This document shows, one piece after another, positions 14,786 to 28,853 of a stretch of DNA of 64,000 nucleotides. The notes below the pieces were generated by a model, which saw nothing but the letters and a program-made list of their open reading frames with translations, was not told where the DNA came from and made no database searches. The stretch's first letter is position 1. Each line of letters opens with the position of its first letter. The DNA is from Basidiobolus meristosporus CBS 931.73 (taxonomy: Eukaryota > Fungi > Basidiobolomycota). The stretch spans positions 65,813-129,812 of the forward strand of contig MCFE01000206.1 of assembly GCA_002104905.1 (NCBI GenBank), read 5' to 3'. The translations under genes and the position numbers were made by a program.

Positions 14786-16421
14786 GATCTCCGATATTCT
14801 TTAAAGCTCAAACGAAGCGATATGTTTACGAACAAGAGGGGTAAACGGTGTTTTGGCTGGGTAAGGCTGAAGTGGAGGTCAATAATGGCTAGGGCAAAGC
14901 TATACCCATCCCGCAGTCTTTAAGTGCCGGTACTATTTAAAATAGTTCACCAAGAACAAGTCACAATACTAACACGTGACTGTGAACTCAAAATTATCAT
15001 ATTAGTATTAAGGAAACTGTATACTAGAGCTTGATATTGAACCAATTAAGAGTAGCTTGATGATTAATAGGGTGCTCTTATTCAAAACGGAATTTATTGT
15101 TGTGAACTGACTCACACAACTGCTGTTTTAGGTGGAGCTACGACTATCATACCAATTTTTTCGGAGATACGCAGGAAACCGGTGATTTTAGTATCCAGCA
15201 CCTCATAAAATAGAATGCAAGTGCAACTATGTACCTCGGGGTAACAAATTCCTACAACGTAGTAAACTGCAATGTATCGTTGTGATATTCAGAGAAGGGA
15301 CGCATGATATAGGTTATCTTGTGGTGTTTTGACTCTACAATTCCCCATTCCTATTGCAATTATGCCCTGTTCGTATAGTACGTATTGGTAGAGACCAGGA
15401 TTTAGATTAAAACGAGGTTGTTGAAAACGCATGCCTTTCCACCTGATCCATTCTACGCCAAGTAATCTAGAAGCCTGTTCGTCCCTCAAAACCCTACGCT
15501 GTGCGCATTCAACTCTGGCAACTATTTACACAATTCACAATGATGACCAGCATCGAAACCTATCGACTAGGGGTTCTACCATTTTCAAGCGTACCAAAAT
15601 ATGAAACGAATACATATAGCTCTAAACTTGAACTTGCATTATATTGCCGAAATCTCTTCCATCCAATCGGCCACTGTTCTACACTTGGCATCTTCAAACA
15701 GATCAAACCCAAGTCTACTCATGATTTCCCCCTTTAAATCGAAATTTGATACCAATCATTCTACAAATCCAAGCTCCATACCGGGTCCCTGGCTTTGGGT
15801 AACAGGCGGTAATGTTGAGTGGACTGTATGTGCCTCGTGAATGAGGCCATACCCCCGGTGCTTGCTATCTCGTACTTCACGCTCGTATGAAAATCGTTGA
15901 ACTAGCCTCCCCCCGACGTAGTCCTCTCAAAGCCAGTAGGGACCGGGATAGCAGCAAGGCAAAGACAAAAGCGATAAATTTCCAAAGGATCTCTACAAAA
16001 TACTTGTTCAACGACTACAATGAAGCAATGAATCCAAACTGATGCAACGCATTGTTCACAGGGATTCCAAAACCTGTGGTTGGATTCGCTAGTTAATTCA
16101 TTGCGTTTGAAAGGCTACTACAATCACCATGATCCTCGGATCCAATGAAGCTAAAGCAGCTGTACAAGACTTCGGTTTTTTGATATCGAACTCAAGTCAT
16201 ACAAAGTTTCTTCACAGATGCTGCAATGATACTGATCATTATTCCCTAATCAAATCTGCACACATGATACAACAAGGTGTTCAAGAAACTTCCCCTATAT
16301 AAATGTCTATCCGACTGCTGGCTCCTCAGCGGCTGATTCTTGTAACGTAAGCTCATCCAGAGCCCCAAGTTAAAGACTACCCCTCCTCCCAGCGGATTGA
16401 ACTGTTTGAAATCTTGACGAG

Positions 16422-17087
16422 ATGGTGAACCCACAAATTACAATGCCGCACACTGAACCTTCTCTTGCCTCATTTAACCAGGGCAACATAGCGGTCATCT
16501 CTGAGTTTGTGGTTGATTTGGTAGTCAAAATGTGGCACAAAAACTCCACCGATTCATCAGTAGGTCCAGCATTTCATGCTTTCTGCCAAAAAGTGATCGT
16601 GCGGAGTGAGGCTGATCCTCCAACAATATTGCTCGCATTGAAATACATCCAACGACTCAAAAAGTACTGTCCAGGAGTCACAGGGGAGAAAGGGTCAGAG
16701 TACCGACTCTTTGTAGCCGCACTCATTCTTGCTCACAAGGTGTTAGACGACCACACATATACGAATCTAACGTGGTCTCAGATCTCACGAATCCCTATAG
16801 AACGGATCAACCATCTGGAGCGTGAGTTTTTGAAATCCATTCAATTTGATCTGTATGTCTCAGAAGAAGAGTACGCCCAATGGCTGCTGTATCTTGAGCA
16901 ATACTTACGTTATAAGGAAGATCCGCTCTCTCATCGTTCTAGAAGATTACCATCCCCTAGCTCAGTATCAGCTTCATTCGAATTTCCGATTGGCAACCAG
17001 ACCTTGGCCAAATACGTGTGCTCCAAGGAGCCATTATCCTCCTGCTCCCCCCAGCATTGCGTTTCTCCGTCATTGCCAAATGTTTGA
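16422..17087 (+). CDS. Pho80/Pcl/Clg1-type cyclin-domain protein
   Basis: Cyclin box TILLALKYIQRLK...EYRLFVAALILAHKVLDDHTYTNLTWSQISRIPIERINHLEREFLKSIQFDLYV. Confidence 0.85.
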   Translation: MVNPQITMPHTEPSLASFNQGNIAVISEFVVDLVVKMWHKNSTDSSVGPAFHAFCQKVIVRSEADPPTILLALKYIQRLKKYCPGVTGEKGSEYRLFVAALILAHKVLDDHTYTNLTWSQISRIPIERINHLEREFLKSIQFDLYVSEEEYAQWLLYLEQYLRYKEDPLSHRSRRLPSPSSVSASFEFPIGNQTLAKYVCSKEPLSSCSPQHCVSPSLPNV

Positions 17088-17992
17088 CGAAGTAGGATAT
17101 ATTGAATACCCTGATACTTGGGATGGTGAGCCTCTGGGGGCTTTTCGTTATCTGGAAGTGGATTGATTACTTGTTGATGGTTAAGTTGTCACAGGCTGTG
17201 CTGCTCAGCATCCCCGCATCCCTTTTTGGCGTCGCTCGCTTCTGGGCGAGTATTTCGTCATCCAGCATCTAGGACGCCTTATCTTCAGCGTTAGATATTA
17301 CATCACCTATTTAATTAAACGGTATTTCCATTTCCACCTCCATGACCATGCTTTTGGAGAATCCAGGTTGCTACCCGAGCGCAACCAGCACTGATCTCCT
17401 GCTTTGTGATTAATGTGTTCAACGGTAGGTAATATTGGCTGCCGAAATCAAGAGCCTTTTCTGGACCAGATCTACGAGTATTCTGTGTTCAGCAATGAAA
17501 TTACCAATCAGCCACATGAGATTGGAAGATGGAGGTCTTTTGAGGGAGGCAATACTGTTCTTGGAGCACCAATGTAAGCGTCCAGTATGTTCATCTTGAA
17601 CATGCCCCATATGTAGTTCCTCGATTTCCAATTCATGGAGGATAGTTGAATCAATCTTTTCGATCTACCTTGCTTGGCCAAAAAATGGCCAGCTAGAATG
17701 ATTAAAACATAGCCCTCTAACTTGCCAAAAATAGGCAGATTTTTGTTGAGGTGAATCTAATGTGGATATTAAGAAGGATGCTACTTCAAAAATTTTATGT
17801 TTAGAATATGAAGATTGATTGAATTTTTCTTACGAAGAGAGAACATTCCCCAAGATTTTTTTCTGGATTTCAAAGCGGTCATTTTCCAGCCAGGACCGGC
17901 TTCCCTTGTTTTCTAATTATTGACTTGCTTTCAGTTGCGTTGAAACCGGGGTGTTCGGTGTAGACTGTTGAATATTTTCTGCCTAGTACAAA

Positions 17993-18718
17993 ATGGTCAA
18001 CCTAAACGATCCCTTTGATTTCTCTCAACAATATTCGGTGTCTGACCAAACTAATAACATTCTGTCAACAATTGCTCTGCCACCCACAAAATCCACTCCA
18101 AAACAGCTCCAACCTACCCCAACCACAACGATCCATCAGAACCCTGTGCTAACAACAAGCTTTGATGAAATCCAAAACGAACTTAAACGAGCACTTGATC
18201 ATATAGAGCAGGGGGCCATCCTGAAGGCCTTTGAGATCTTATCCGCAGTCACCGATGCCGTAGTAACTAATTGCGATGCTTTAGGTTAGTTTTTTTGGAG
18301 CAACCTCGATCTTTAGGGGCGTTTTTCTTATCTTTCTCCAAATGATCGGCTATAATTAGGATTGACCATTGATGAGCCTCCATACAACGCCTACGATCGA
18401 GAAGGATTCTGGCAAGGAATCAATCACTGCTGGCTTTATGCTTTATCACGCACCGCAATGGCCAAATCAGAAGAGGATCAGCTTCGGGTACAGCATTTCT
18501 ACCACCTACGAGATTCCATAGTATCCTGGTGTGACCATCTGGAACGGTACGGACTGGTAGATTATGAAATGGGATTTTGGGAACAGGATATCCTGGAGGC
18601 CATTGAAGCCAGCATGTCCACTTCCAATCTTCGACTCACCTCAGTTGTTCCTCAAGAAACTAGCGAAGTTTCGGAAACCAGTGGTATTACAACCGACTCT
18701 ACATATGTCAATGTGTAA
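17993..18718 (+). CDS. Conserved fungal protein with C-terminal GLVDYEMGFWEQDI domain (tentatively RfeG-like)
   Basis: Two exons (intron ~18286-18359); FWQGINHCWL...CDHLERYGLVDYEMGFWEQDILEAI resembles, from memory, the C-terminal motif of ascomycete proteins annotated RfeG. Confidence 0.6.
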
Positions 18719-21700
18719 TTTCCAGACCAACCCTTTGAGCTCCCCTTGCCCCGCCACTCACCTTAGTATAGATTACTCTACTTGTGCAACAAACTTCTTG
18801 AGAACCTCCAAGTATAACCTACATTTCATTCTGACTTCCCATCCTTCAACCGTGGAATGGCTAGCAAGGGTTCATGCTTCTAATGTAAATTTTTAGTGAA
18901 TCTTTTTTTTTTGGGAAATTCTTTGATCTCTTCGATCGGGAAATGACATTAAGATAAAATCCAATTATTTCAAGTGTCTGGAGTCGGGGATGACATGGGA
19001 GTCCGCTAGGCAGCTAATTAATCCGGATTCGCCTGATGCGTAGCTGATTAATAGGTACAGTCTTCGTATTAGTTAATGTAATCGTTGACTCGTACTGGGG
19101 CTGTGGGTGCTTCCTTATTTACCAATGTTTGTATGATTGTTCCAGCCCCACGCGTGCACGAAGGCCCCGTTAGATTCATCGTAGTCCAACCAGCTGACGG
19201 ACCTATTGGGTTCGCTAGTATACTGCCATGAGGAACTGAAACATTCTAGATACCCGAAAGGCTAAACTTCGTTGGAAGATGCAATCAGGTATATTCCATC
19301 TTGATGGCGTGTGGTTTCGGCCCTAAAGTTGTTCTGAACCAGTTGTCCAGGCAGGCAAGCGGCCGATACACCTTTGAAGTCCTTTACACAAGACCCCACT
19401 ACGAATAAGCTGATAGGGCTACATCATCTCCACCTGAAGTGGCACAGTTGATATTGAACCGGTTCTCCGGTAGAGGATTTTGGAATCACTTCACTACAAT
19501 TCAAGAATACATAGGTGCCGTATTCTCATACTGATTGGGATCTCTAGTAGATTAAGGTATATTGTATTGGTATCTTGGACAAATTGGAAACATCATCAGT
19601 CTGGACTGTCTTCACAGCGTTTCTGGTCGGGAGTGTTGGTGCAACAGAGCAGGTTGAACCTTGGTTAGATAACCCATTGAGCGTTTGTGATGGTCAAGGT
19701 CGCCGTTTGACAACCCTCCGAATCCGGCAAGAGTTACCATATCCGTCAAGATGCCAAAAGCGCTGACTCTCAGGTTTAATTTAGAAATGTTTAGCGCAGA
19801 GTGTGCTTACGGATTACCCCTCCCCCACTCTATGGTTAGTCCTGCATGGTAGGGTGGCGGATTGCAATGATGTCAAAACTTATCGGCCTTCTCGTGACAC
19901 GCCGACCGCCTGAATTCTACGAATTCCAGAGGGGTCACCAACCTGCAGGCTCAAGATCTCCAACCTCTGCCTAAACTCTATCGTACGGAGAATTTTGTTA
20001 GGAAAAATCAGTAGATTTGGCGTATGCTATCGTGCCACACATGGGCCTGTGTTCTTGTTATAGCATCGAGGCAAACTCTAGTGAGCTAATTTCAGCGACC
20101 ATCTTAGAATGCAAAAATAGATCGGCCCGATCGGCCCCAAAGTATTGAGCAATGCCAATCCCTGTACAATTCATCCCGTCTCCTTCCCCTTCCCCTGTTC
20201 AGCTGATGCATGCTCAACAGGAAGTCTTGTGAAATCCACTCTACTACATCCAGTTTCCTATTGCCTTTAAGGCAGCACGTCGCAAAATGTGGTCACTCGT
20301 AGAAATCCAATGAAACCAAAGAGCAGCTGCCGCTATGCTTGCCCTATGGAAATGGCCAGAAGCAGCCTTGCATCTGGTAGATGCGAGTTTATGTAGTCAA
20401 ATCCAGCTTCGGTCTCTTCAACAAGTTCACAAGGCTGCAAATTGACCCTTCTTTTTAGCGAGGTATGGAGTGTGTCGAATCACGACCCTACAAGATTTCT
20501 GAATTTGACCAGTGAGGAACTAGATTCTGATTTTTTTATTAATTCTCACTTGGCAGCCTTCACCCTTCCAAAGAATCCTCTGCAGCCGTCCGCAGAGAAG
20601 CCAATGAGCCAGGCGGGCCCCATTTGCAATTCCCTGAAAGCTACAGGTGTTTTCTAGCTGTAGAACCAGATGATAAATTATCGACTCTGGAATAATATCA
20701 GCATCTGTGCCATAGGCCAATGGTGTTCGCAGAGCAGCGGATGGTAAGTAAATCAATTGATTGCATATGACTAGCAATGGCTCTTGAGGGAATGAAGAGA
20801 GTATGTAATCAATTTAGTGGTAACATGTCGACCGGTTTTCATTTGAAATCAACGTGGCTTTAATGTTACTCACAAAACCCGCGGTGCTCACACACAGCTA
20901 GGATTCATATTTGGGTAACATAAAATGTCCTTCGTTCCACATCCTTGATCAACATCTTAAGTATTCCATATTTTAATTCATTTGGGCAATTCTCAGCAAC
21001 ATTACACGAAATTTGTGTTGAACAGTCATATCAACACGCCTAGTGTCTCAACAATTCATTATTCTCCGATCAGCTCGTCTATTGATAGGCAAGTATACAT
21101 GTGTACAAAAGAGGTATCCATGATAATCTAAACCGTCGTGGGATATTATCGGGTATTATGATCAACTAGTTTAGGCCATTGGGCCGCACTGTGCATGGCC
21201 GTTTTGGACTAGTTCTGGTTGGCCATTTTCCATGTCGGCTCACTCCTGGGGTTCCCTTCCATCTCATCATATCTCCGTATTATAAATCACCGGAGGTCCT
21301 GTGAAGTGTGCGAAGAGCTCCGAGCCAAAACTGGCTGCATGGTTGGAGTTTATTCATGAGATAATCTCACTCTCTTCAAGTTGTGACATTGAATCATCGC
21401 TGGTAAGTATGAAACAATCGATTTGCCAGTAAACACAGACACAGCTACACAATACAGGTATTTAATCCCATGGATTAGGGATCGATATGTATATGAAAGA
21501 TCCGTGGAATATCACCAGATCTAGTGTGAGCAAAGTCCTAGGCCCATCTTACGTATGGATATCGCAAATCGTTATTCTCATCCTGTGAAAATCCTTCGGG
21601 TTTCCTTGGATGGATCCCCGTGCTACTAGCCGGTCTTTGATGCTGCAATCCATTAGTATTCAAGGGTTGAAGCGATGCTACTGTGCGCACTCTTTATCAC

Positions 21701-22093
21701 TATCTCTTGTTTATTGTTGGTTGATTTGGCTCGAGCCAAGCAGATTCTGTCTGGGACGTCCCTGCTTCACAAGCTGAAGCCATGATGCGAGATTTCAACT
21801 GATAATAATTTACATACGAGAAAACAATTCGGAATGGGTTGCTTGTGGAAACGTCGCTTCGTATTCTGCATTATTAGAGTTCTAGGAAAGTGTAGAATGA
21901 GGGGTCGGAGAAGCTGGTTATTTCTATAGTTGTCTATGAATTGATGATATGTCGTATCCTTAATGAAAAGCCGTTGTCAAGAAAAAGGAGTGTAGATATT
22001 GGAGTTCGTTGATACAATGAATAGAATGTAATACAGGGAAATTACAAGATCACTTTGGATGAAGGTGACGGAGTTGCCAGATGAGAAGCATAC

Positions 22094-23190
22094 CTAGGAG
22101 TTGTAGTGCATCGAGGAGCAATAAACGCATGGCTCGTTGTTGTATTCTCGCCAGTGGCAATTCTGCAAACCGCCACAATTGAGATCAATTCGGTTTCTGG
22201 CGATGGTGGAAAGGAACTGTGCTCTTTCAATTAGTAGCTCATCTCTACAGTGCTCCCAGGCTATGTTTGATTGCTCCTCGGAGAGAGGCTCTAGAGCCTT
22301 GTGGCATTCATGGTCCAAGCAGTAACACGAAGATTCGTCAGTTTCGTACAATACAGAGTCCGGATTCGACTTATTAAGCAAACAGTCGTGTTGATACCAG
22401 CGGCACACATAGCACTGCGGCACGCCTTCGATTCTTTGAGGAAAATGAGTATGATTGAGACGTTTCTGTACACTCGAGAGGTTGAAAGCCTCAAATTTGT
22501 ATCCTCCAGTGGTGCAACTTCCTTCTCCGTCTATGACGATTGGAGCAAATGTCTCAAGGCATATAATCTCTTGAGATGGAGTCACCGCTTCTATAACTTG
22601 GAGGTCCAGTTGGAATGTTGGAAGAGAGTGAACTCCCGGATCAAACTCATATCTAAGCTTCGGGTTCTGCTCAAAAGCGTTTTTCAACTTGTACACTCGC
22701 TCGTCCTTCAATATTCTCATGGCCAACAACTCTTCTGTGCTATGGTTTTGCTGGTGAACCGAGAGGAGTGGTGTAGGATCATGTGGATGTGTATGCTCTA
22801 AATCCAGCAGGTGTGTCAGTAAGGAAAGTATGCATAGCGAGATAACCGTGGGACCTTCAACTTACCAATATACATGCCAGGGGCAACATGCTTTATCCAA
22901 CCGTCGCATTCGTTGGGAAGCACTAGTTGGTAAACAACGCTGGGAAAGTACGACGAGAGCAAGGCCTCGATTTCTGGGAAACCATCCATGTCGGATTTCG
23001 GTACGTAAGGGATTGTCTGATGATAGATATGAAATGAATACTCGGAGTCCCTCCAACCGAAAAGGTCTTGAAGCACAATATGAAGTTGGAGCAACGAATA
23101 TGTCTCTGGAATCAATACTGTTCTCCAAACATGTGGTTGTTGTGGTAGTGAGGCCCGGATAACATACAGTTTCTCATTCAGATTGGTCAT
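22094..23190 (-). CDS. pRiA4b ORF-3-like (MM3350-like) domain protein with Cys/His-rich C-terminal extension
   Basis: Exon 1 YVIRASL...HVWRTVLIPETYSLLQLHIVLQDLFGWRD; GT-AG intron ~22865-22798 restores the frame into DERVYKLKNAF...LRYEFD...PIVIDGEGSC, matching family motifs WRRxxVPxxxTLxxLHxxIQxxFGW, YxYDFG and PxCIxGxxAC; start codon uncertain. Confidence 0.75.
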
Positions 23191-26100
23191 AGAAGACAAG
23201 GAAATGAGGGTGCGCGAATTGACAAAGGTATGGGAGGATTTGAGATCCAATACGAGGAAGGGGTGGCTTCGATTGTGAAGTTTGATACTTATCTAATGAT
23301 ATTGACGTTTAAAGGAATTGGTAATCCGAATCAACAGATAGCAATAATAAGTGAGGAAGAGAGCTGATATGGAGCTGGGCATCGGTCAGCTGGAATTTAT
23401 ACAAAATGCGATCAGTGACTGGGAAAAGTATGGGGATCTCACCCGAATCGGCAGAATAGGGGGACAGAGGGTCAGTTCGAGAGGGTAAGTAGGGGCGGTG
23501 TTCAAGTTCCGCTTGACAAGTAGCAAAATGTTCCTGCTTCAAAGAATCGGGAAAATTAAGTTTTCGTAGAAATTGAGAAAGAATTTTTCACCAGCGACCA
23601 AATCTGGATTGTTCAATGCAGAGGAATCCCGATTTTGCCTAATCCACTCTTGATTATAAGATTGCATTTAATCTCTCGTAAGTTATTACCATGTTAAGCC
23701 AACCGTTGGCTAAAGAAAGCTAAAACCCAATCAAAAGAATATGAGCTCATCCAAAGTAGCTTCAGACCTGTTGGTTTCGTCCTAGTTTGCAGTAAACCAG
23801 ATCAGGTTTCCAACTTGAGCCGGATGACCCGTTCTACACGGAACATAATTCTTGATTTTACCACGCTGTTTACCATATTGTCCACGGAAAACCGGTTTGT
23901 CCAGAAACGATACCTCTTTAGAAGCGGCCTTTTCTTTTATTGGTTTCGATTGCCTTCTTCATCTGAAGCCCTGAGTAGGATGACTCACCTTTACATACCG
24001 CTTGCTTTTTTCAGCATACCAGTCGATCGACCTGTATTAATTCAGACAGAAGATAACTGCGCTGCTCATACATCAAGTCGCCTGCGTTTCCATGTGCTGA
24101 TACAATATCGGAATCACTGCGATACCGAACGATTGCTCAGGCAACCTTGAGGAACGTGAAGAATTTCCTTGCAATCAGGCCACGGGAAGGATTTCCAGTA
24201 ATTACGAGTTTCCTTCGCGCTGGCCATCCGGTTTTCTCAGCCGGAATACATCATGCCAGAATGGAGCGTAGAGGTCCCTTCCGAAATGCTCGCTCCCTAG
24301 ATGGCACTGATGGTGACGGGCTTCTTGGCCTGGCAGCTGAGACCAGGTGATGTGAGTTATCTGCAATCGACTGATGAATCATCAGGAGCGAACATGAAAG
24401 GCACGGCTCTGATGATTTCGGAATGCCACGTTCTACTCTACGGCTTATGAATTTCACACCTGCGAGGCCTCTCAGCTGCATCAGCATCAAGCTCTTTGGC
24501 TTCATTCGGCGGCCGCTATACATATGGCAGCTTCGCTGTCTCAGATCTAGAACCAAGGCCGCTGACATGGAGAGCAGGATTTTGTTTGATGTCTGAAACA
24601 GCTATGTAAAGACGGATTTTGCGTTGTGCTACATCAAGCCGTTGGTCAAGATCCACCCTTTTCGGCGATCTATGGAAATGGATAGATAGTGGATAGCTGA
24701 ATCATGCATTGATCCATTAAGTGTAATTAATAAGGGAGAAGGAAGCGCACAGAGTCTGGCACCAGTCGTTTCAAGGCTCTTCGGTGCGCCCGAATAGGGC
24801 TTCAGACCAATACCAGCCAGTTGACGCATATAAGGAGCGGTGTAAGGGACTATTCCACCTTTGCCTTACACATAATCATTTACATACCCTTGAGAAAACA
24901 ACCTGAATCCTGCATGCTTGTTTTGGATATGAGCTAGCGTCTCATGATTGGAGTCGAATGTATATTATATTGATACTGGGTGAAGGGGGAGTGTATTCAG
25001 ATGTAGCGAAAGCCAGTACTCAAGTTCCTCATTGCAAGGCACTCAGCAAATGGGCAGCGCTGCCAGTCGTCTGTGGACACTGCCCAACCACAGATCTGGA
25101 GGATGGTATCATGCGAGGCTTCACATTGCATGCGTTGTTGGATACTAATATCCATCCTTGTGCAGCCTTAGGCATACAAGCCGATATCTTCAGATGTTTA
25201 TGATTATTTATTTGTCACACAAACACCACGAAATTGGTTCTATCAAGCAGATCAAAACCCATCGATTTTGGGAACACTAGGTGCTCTGTACCCACACAGC
25301 CGACTGAAATAGGTGGAATTCAAAGAAGGGTCTGCCTGGCGAAGGCCGATGCCATCCACTACGCGAGCCAGTGATAGAGCGTTGGATGGATTTGGCTGAT
25401 GTGGTCTACTGTAGTGAGGGATGCTTGATTATCATGAAGATTATCTTGCGGCATAATCTAGGTCAAATCCATCTCCCTAGAGGCCCATTTGTTGTAGCTG
25501 CTCGGCACTGATGGCATATGAAGATTGTTGTCTGAAGGAGACTACCGAATCAGCCCAGTCTGAACTTGAATTGTACATATTGGTCGAGGTACTTCGCATA
25601 TTCTATTCCCCTTCCACTCCGGTAAGGCAATTCAGCCCTACTGCTCTTTGATTTTAATGGGTTGTCTTCTAGTGAAGATTTGACAGGTTTCTGTCTGATT
25701 TCAGAAAAGAATTTCTATCCTACATGTACCAAGTAAACCAGATTTTACGGTGGTTGAAATGCAGCTCTTCTAGTAATTCGATGACCCTAGTTCTTCCCAG
25801 ATAAATCCGGAAGGAAAATAAATCAGCCTCAATAAGTGTCAGCAAAATATGCGAATCTTATATTCTGTGCTTCTCTAACCTGAAATGCATCTGGTATCCA
25901 CTTTAGCATTACTTGTTGGATGGTAATCCTTTTGCCGGGATCCATCGTTCGAAATGACCTAGTTCTACTCTGAACCAGCTATCGAGGTGAGCAATGGAAT
26001 TCTCGATGGATTTTACGTCCATTTTTTATTTAGTCAGGATGAAGAAGCCTTTCATCCCAATCAACCGTCAAGGTGGGCGGTGTTTTGATTTTGCACGATT

Positions 26101-27971
26101 CACGAGACATCGGGAGGTGTCAAGTTCCAGTAGGAATGGAGACTCCGTGCCGCAGATTTACAGGAACGTGAAACTTGTCGGATGGGGAGGGGAACGAACC
26201 AAATGCTCTGACTATGTTGCTTGTTCTATTCATGATCTACGGCACATTGCCATACCACTGACGTACTTCACCTCTTAAGTCACATATGGGCACTATTTGT
26301 AGTAAACCATGTGTTTGTGCTCTTGTATAGGTGGTGGCATATTGCTGAATCGAAGGGAATCCGTATTTTGTGCAATGAATGAGCCACCAACATCACACGA
26401 ATGGCAAATAGACCCTTGTCCAATGAATCGAAAGCTGCTGCCCTCAACAACCGACACTTCTTTCTGGCTTGACCCGAGTTCAATCCGGATATTGATGCAG
26501 GGAATGCAATATGTTGCGGTGCTTGTGATTACTCTACAGTGATGGCCATCATTGAGTTTGTTGATCTGCCAGATAAATTAATTGTTGGCGTGATGGCATC
26601 AAATGATGGCTACTACCGGTTTCCATGGGATCCTCAGAGTTGTGCTGAACTGTTGGGGCTTCCTCTATGCCTGGTGCCCCCTGCTCATGTGTGCGATTCA
26701 GCCAGGCCAGCTGTCATGCCAGTATGAAGCCACCAACTCCTCTGAGGGTGTAGGTTATTGTGTATTCCTCTGCATTCTCCTGCTTTTGACTAACCAGGTT
26801 TCTTGTCTCAGAAGAGCATCGGCTTCTGATGAATGTGGCAATAGGTCAAACACCTCTCTTTAAATAGCATGCTATTAATACATTCGTTGGTATGGCTTGG
26901 TGTAGCATGATCCATTCTATTGCGTGATGTAGTCTAGCGAGTGACCATGCCGACGTGATTAAAGGGGTTCAAAGGAGTCAATTACCAATGGATGATCGGC
27001 CTTCCCAACCAGAGAACTAGAACCAGGTAATGCCTGGGTAGGAGGTGTGTTGTATGAGCTCGATATTAAAGGCTATTGCAGACATCATATTTCCTAATGG
27101 AATGAATAGGTAATCCAGGGGTATCAGGTGGCATGAGGAACGGTTGCAAATGAAACATTATTCATATGAGGGACCGGTACGCTTGGTAAAATAAGGGAAC
27201 AGTATGATGGAAAGCATTGCGCAGTATCAGAGGGCTGTTTTACCTTAAGGTCCTAGAGTAATGAAAAATTGCCTTTTTCAATCATATAAAGCATGTGAAA
27301 TATGTGGGCAGATGTTTGCCTTGGTTGCTACCCAAATAAATGTAACCTCTGCTCCTGCCTTGATCGCCGTCCATCTCCTCATCACCGCTCGACTGTGGAT
27401 CCTCCCCAGCTACTGATGTACCTTTGGCCAATCCAGCAAATCACAGGCCTTCATTTGCTTCGTCGCAACCAAGCTTCCATATGGGTAACGCTGTAGCCGA
27501 AGTGCGCCAATGTTCAGGTGGCTCTAATCACCTCGCCAATTTATCAAGCACAAAATATAAATCAATGTGATGTGCATCATTTTAGGTAACACTCACACTT
27601 CTAATTATGGGACTGTCCATGAGCACCGGATTTCGCATTGATGGTGATCTTGAGCTAAGTGGCATGAGTATGTCTATCACTAGAATAATTATAGCAATGC
27701 GTCGTAATTGGATATTTGTTCTCGTGGACGGAATGATAGTTGGAACAAGCAATCTATGTATGATGATCCTAAAAGTATCCACCTCCTCCATATGTAATTT
27801 AAGTAAGCTTAAATCCGTCTGGTCTGACCTTTCGGAATGAAGCGTGTTGTGAGGGGCTATGCCCCAATCTATAGCCGGGGGTACCCTCAAGAGTATAACC
27901 ATTAGGTGTCCCGGCGCCTTGCACCCTTTCTTATTATACTAGTGACCGTTAATTTCGAACTAGGCGTCGAT

Positions 27972-28624
27972 ATGGGCAACAACCCTTCCGTTCAACTCCA
28001 TGATATGGTGACTTCTTCTAATTGTAAGGTTCCGCCTTTCCTTTGCACCAACTGATGTTCATACTAAATCGGCTTACATTCTATGCATAGTTAGTGCAGA
28101 AGAAATCCAAAGACTTTACAAACGTTTCCTGAAATTGGACACAGATGGCAGTGGAGGCATCGACAAGGATGAGTTTCTTGCCATCCCTCAAGTTTCAACG
28201 AACCCTTTGGCACCTCGAATGATTGCTATTTTCGATGAGGACGGTGGCGGTGATGTGGACTTTGAGGAATTTATCCATGGTTTAAGCGTGTTCAGCTCAA
28301 AGGGAAATAAGCAAGAAAAGTTGCATTGTGAGTATTTCTTTGCTAACAACCCAATGCCACACCTACTCACCGAAACCTGAATATTCAGTTGCCTTCAAAG
28401 TCTATGATATCGATCGAGATGGGTACATTTCTAGTGGAGAGTTGTACTTGGTTCTTAAAATGATGGTCGGAAACAACCTCAAGGATGTTCAGCTGCAACA
28501 GATAGTTGACAAGACGTTAATGGAGGCTGATAAGGATGGCGATGGCAAAATTAGTTTCGAAGAATTCCGAGTTTTTGTGGAATGCACCGACATCGCTAAG
28601 CAAATGACGTTGGAGTCGTTCTGA
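27972..28624 (+). CDS. CNB1: Calcineurin regulatory subunit B
   Basis: Myristoylation-type MGNNPS start; three exons; four EF-hands ([36 protein letters not shown]); [21 protein letters not shown]. Confidence 0.97.
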
Positions 28625-28853
28625 ATTTAATCATCCCTGCCCCCATAGCTCTTCACGATTTCCTATTGACGCTGTATATTTTCATTTAACTGCGAGCCCT
28701 TCCATCCCTCTACCAACCGATTCCTCAGACTATGACTTTGGGTCGTAGGCCTGTTTAATCAACATTTTAATATTAAACATTTGTGCAGAATTATCGCATA
28801 TCTGCAGTTTGGAATGATCTATCATTATAGAGATTCAGGCCGACAGGGTGGCT

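Noticed and set aside
19100-19770. Minus-strand protein-like frame (…WLDYDESNGAFVHAWGWN…) with two stops
   Set aside because: No start or splice structure and no family recognised
20200-20780. Possible small spliced gene
   Set aside because: Plausible splice sites, but no convincing start or homology
23800-27900. Numerous 60-110 aa ORFs on both strands
   Set aside because: No domain signatures; consistent with chance ORFs or unrecognisable relics
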